Assembly (NCBI GenBank): GCA_017513085.1 | Contig: JAFWDK010000008.1 | Span: forward strand, 13,895 to 77,894 | Direction: 5' to 3' | DNA from: Clostridiales bacterium | Lineage (GTDB): Bacteria; Bacillota; Clostridia; Saccharofermentanales; Saccharofermentanaceae | DNA length: 64,000 nt | Part shown: in pieces, positions 61,018 through 64,000 of the stretch | How positions within the stretch are numbered: position 1 is the first letter of the stretch | How the letters are laid out: every line of letters starts with the position of its first letter | Program-made: the position numbers and the translations under genes | The notes under the pieces: generated by a model | Told to the model about the DNA's origin: nothing | The model's database searches: none | Seen by the model: the letters and a program-made list of their open reading frames with translations, nothing else

Positions 61018-62022
61018 TTAATTTCTTCCACCCTGTCCGAATGGATTAGGCAGCGACGGATAAGAAACTGAAGATGCAGCAGCTACAGTCGGAGCAGGTG
61101 CATTCGTTTTCATCATTGCCTGCGAAGCAATATCCTTCTTCTTTGCGGTTTTGACAAGGAGAATGATCAGAACAACGATTGCAATAAGGAGCAAAGCAAC
61201 GATGGCCGACAAAACGATCAAGATCCACTGCAGTGTCATTTTGCTCATGCCTTTAACGAACTCAAATACATGTTCGTCAGCTTCCGCTTCAATATCTTTG
61301 CGTATTCTGGAAGCTCTTCCCGAATCGGTAGGTATAGGATCACCCGAAGCATCGGCCGGATCTTCAGCCGGGTCGCCGGAAGCATCCGTCACGCCGGAAG
61401 GATCAGCGTTATCATCTGTACCTACTGTTCCCTGACCATACGCGCCATCCAAACTGAACTTCACCATGATCGGTTCGCTGAGCTTTAACATATCCCATTC
61501 AAGACGTGCACCATTCGCATTAACAGTCGTTGCATTCTGTTCAATCGCCGGCTGCGGAAGCGAGATATAAAAACGCATAAAACCGCCAAGGTTTCCTATG
61601 GTGGAAAGATCGCTCGCCTTAGTCGATCCCGTCTGTAAGCTATCGGAGAAATCCCAGGTCAGAGTATACACATCGTCCTGTTCTTCCAAAGAGAAGTTAC
61701 TAAAACCGAATCCTGTGGCCTTCAGTTCTTGTACAAGATCATCAAAACTGATGCCTTGCTTCGCCATCTCCCAACCGGAATACTCTTTATCGCTATAATC
61801 AGTGACCGTCCAACCGTTCGCGGCCATGGCATCGACCTTAGCCTTACTGTCATTATCTGATCCCATCTCGGAGTATTCCGCATAAAGAAGCGTGATATTC
61901 ATCTTTCTATCCGCGCTGACCGTCATTTTCGCCTCGTAACGGATGCATGCCGAAAGCGCCAGAATCACGACCAACGCCAAAACAAAAACGAGGATCTTCT
62001 TCATTGAACTCTTCTTCGTCAT
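61018..62022 (-). CDS. LppM-like lipoprotein with C-terminal TM helix (paralog 1)
   Basis: LSAC lipobox; P....NAT......LEWD; C-terminal TM segment. Confidence 0.7.
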   Translation of the reverse strand: MTKKSSMKKILVFVLALVVILALSACIRYEAKMTVSADRKMNITLLYAEYSEMGSDNDSKAKVDAMAANGWTVTDYSDKEYSGWEMAKQGISFDDLVQELKATGFGFSNFSLEEQDDVYTLTWDFSDSLQTGSTKASDLSTIGNLGGFMRFYISLPQPAIEQNATTVNANGARLEWDMLKLSEPIMVKFSLDGAYGQGTVGTDDNADPSGVTDASGDPAEDPADASGDPIPTDSGRASRIRKDIEAEADEHVFEFVKGMSKMTLQWILIVLSAIVALLLIAIVVLIILLVKTAKKKDIASQAMMKTNAPAPTVAAASSVSYPSLPNPFGQGGRN

Positions 62023-62127
62023 TCACTTTACTCCTTTTCTGTTTTCTTTTTCCTTTTCATCATTTCTTTTTTCCTTGATTGCAAAACACGAAACTACAAG
62101 TTCCGACGGTTTGCAAGTGCTTTTCCA

Positions 62128-62168
62128 GAAGAAAAGGACTGTCCCTTCTCACGAGACAGTCCTTCTTT
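62128..62168 (-). terminator. Intrinsic terminator
   Basis: AAGGACTGTC...GACAGTCCTT stem. Confidence 0.75.
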
Positions 62169-62189
62169 CAGGTCATTATGTATCGATCC

Positions 62190-63197
62190 TTATACGGACG
62201 GTGCGCCCGGATCAGACGGTGTGTCATTCTCCGGAGGTGTAACCTGTGGGAAGCCTGTCGGAGTCTGCGGAGCAAATGGTGTCTGCGGAGCCTCCGGAGC
62301 CTGTGGAGCAAACGGATTCTGCGGAGCAACCGGAGCCTGTGGAGCAAACGGATTCTGCGGAGCAACCGGAGCCTGCGGCTCAATTGGTGCCTGCGGAGCT
62401 GCCGGGAAAGGATTAACCGGAGACGGTGTTACAGAGGAAGCATACGGAGCAGCAACAGCCGGCTCAGCAGGAGAAGACTTCTTCTTGTTGATGAGGATAA
62501 TAGCAACTACGATACCGGCTGCTACGATCACACCACCGATGATCACGCCGATTATCCAAACCGGGAATCCGGAACCACCTGTGATCTTGAATTCACAGTG
62601 GATCGGCTCATCCATCTTAAACATATCCCACTCAAGCGTCTTACCGCCATCGGATGTATCCGTAGCATTAGAATTTTCCGGCTTGTTAGGAAGCTCGAGA
62701 ACGACCTTCATATATCCGCCGTATTCAGCCAGTTTAGAAAGATCTACGCCGGAAGAAGAAGCTTCGCTTGTGTTATTGGAAACATCCCAATCCAGAGTGT
62801 ATACACCCTTCTTCTCTGTGAAAGAAAACTTATCGAATCCGACATCGGCAGACTTTACGTCTTCTTCCAGTTCAGCGGCCTTAATGCCCTTCTTGATCAG
62901 TTCATAGCCTTTGTAGCTATCCTTCGAATACTCTTTGACCTTCCAGCCGGCTTCTTCAAGAGCTTCAACCTGATCCTCTTTGATACCGGAAGAAAGTGAA
63001 GAATCGTCATCAGAATCGGAAAGAGAACTTGTATCATATACTGCATAAAGAATATCGATATCGATACTTCCATCCGATCCTACCTTCATCGTTGCATTGT
63101 ATCGGATACAACCGGACAAAGCAAACACGATCGCAGAGATCAGCATAACCGCCAGCAGCTTCTTCAGCAGCGGCTTCTTATTGACTTTGTTTCCCAT
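62190..63197 (-). CDS. LppM-like lipoprotein with C-terminal TM helix and Pro/Ala/Gln repeat tail (paralog 2)
   Basis: LSGC lipobox; similar to 61018..62022; GGAGG RBS before ATG 63197. Confidence 0.75.
   Translation of the reverse strand: MGNKVNKKPLLKKLLAVMLISAIVFALSGCIRYNATMKVGSDGSIDIDILYAVYDTSSLSDSDDDSSLSSGIKEDQVEALEEAGWKVKEYSKDSYKGYELIKKGIKAAELEEDVKSADVGFDKFSFTEKKGVYTLDWDVSNNTSEASSSGVDLSKLAEYGGYMKVVLELPNKPENSNATDTSDGGKTLEWDMFKMDEPIHCEFKITGGSGFPVWIIGVIIGGVIVAAGIVVAIILINKKKSSPAEPAVAAPYASSVTPSPVNPFPAAPQAPIEPQAPVAPQNPFAPQAPVAPQNPFAPQAPEAPQTPFAPQTPTGFPQVTPPENDTPSDPGAPSV
62265..62400 (-). repeat. Coding tandem repeat with 18-bp units (APQAPV/APQNPF)
   Basis: Repeated GGAGCAACCGGAGCCTGT / GGAGCAAACGGATTCTGC units. 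Confidence 0.85.
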
Positions 63198-63344
63198 AAA
63201 AAATCCTCCAAAATCGCCCAAAGCGTTATTTGCATTGATTATACCATACTCATTTGAAAACTCACAAATTTGCTTTACGATTTACTTACGTTTATTTCGG
63301 CAGAAATAGAGAAAATCATTTTTTCTGCTATCGAAATCGCTTTC

Positions 63345-63385
63345 AAAAAAGAAGGAGTCTGTCCTCAAATCAGAAGACAAACTCC
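63345..63385 (-). terminator. Terminator after tRNA-Pro
   Basis: GGAGT.TGTC...GACA.ACTCC stem then T-run on the minus strand. Confidence 0.6.
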
Positions 63386-63389
63386 ATCC

Positions 63390-63465
63390 TGGTCGAGGTG
63401 ACAGGGTTCGAACCTGCGACCCCATGCTCCCAAAGCACGTACGCTACCAGCTGCGCTACACCTCG
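63390..63465 (-). tRNA. tRNA-Pro (TGG)
   Basis: CGAGGTGTAGCGCAG...CGTGC-TTTGGGA-GCATG...GTTCGAA...ACCA. Confidence 0.96.
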
Positions 63466-63552
63466 AAAAGTCGTACTGAACAATTATATCATTGTTTTGA
63501 ATAATTACAAGTAGCCTTTTTTCTTCTTTCAGATCCTTCTTGCGAACACGTC

Positions 63553-63592
63553 AAAAGAATAGCCGGCCGGCGTCTTCTGACGCCAACCGGCT
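63553..63592 (-). terminator. Terminator hairpin
   Basis: AGCCGG..GGCGTC-TTCT-GACGCC..CCGGCT. Confidence 0.6.
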
Positions 63593-63615
63593 GAAAAAAC
63601 AGTTTTTCAAAACAC

Positions 63616-64000
63616 TTAGATGGTTCCGCGCTCGATACCATATTTCGCACAGATCTCAGTGAACTCGACCGAGCTTACAAACTGTGCAAGCACCTGCTCA
63701 CGTGTGGCTCCACCCTGCAACTGACCCAGCCAGAATTTCAAGCCTTCCGGTTCAGGTTCTCTATCCATGAACGTTGTATAAAGTCTGGTCAGGAATTCTT
63801 CATCACCAAGCTTCAGATTCTTGAACTCTTCAGAACCGAAGAATTCTTTAGCTGCAGTTGCACCGGTCTGCTCAAGATTGGTCAAAGCGAGCGCCCAGTA
63901 CTTGAGTCCGGCCTCTTCCGGATCTCTTCCGAGACAGCAGATATAAAGTCTTGTAGCAAAATCGGATGCATTCTTAGATGCACGCTCTGCTTTTGCCGTC
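63616..64000 (-). CDS. 3' end of another DUF4214-module protein (5' part outside the window)
   Basis: ATRLYICCLGR...LTNLEQTG...ICAKYGIERGTI, closely matching the other modules. Confidence 0.85.
   Translation of the reverse strand, partial: TAKAERASKNASDFATRLYICCLGRDPEEAGLKYWALALTNLEQTGATAAKEFFGSEEFKNLKLGDEEFLTRLYTTFMDREPEPEGLKFWLGQLQGGATREQVLAQFVSSVEFTEICAKYGIERGTI

Noticed and set aside
63390-63465. tRNA genes as integration sites of an island or prophage
   Set aside because: No integrase, phage genes or duplicated tRNA 3' end seen in the window

Overview
Chromosomal window from a Clostridia-like (Bacillota) anaerobe; the assignment is inferred from gene content such as ireB-ruvX-DUF1292, a Spo0A C-terminal domain and GGAGG RBSs. 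It holds about 55 CDSs, mostly housekeeping and transport: mscL, mtaB, rnr, secG, a P-type ATPase, azlCD, galM, dinB, hup and ligA. There are four tRNAs (Val, Asp, Phe, Pro) and four surface proteins sharing a DUF4214-type module. A 2-aminoethylphosphonate biosynthesis operon converges on a YidC-phosphotransferase fusion and a TagF-like gene. The most striking unexplained feature is a ~590-nt purine-rich minus-strand segment (31923-32513) with no ORF of 60 aa or more on that strand. It has its own near-consensus promoter, a downstream terminator and long nested 5'/3' end pairing, so it is a candidate large non-coding RNA. It converges on a two-gene unit encoding a cytidylate-kinase-like/PD-(D/E)xK-like fusion and an HPRT homolog with several catalytic and specificity residues replaced. 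No CRISPR array, transposase, integrase or rRNA was seen. All family calls are by eye from motifs; no database searches were run.
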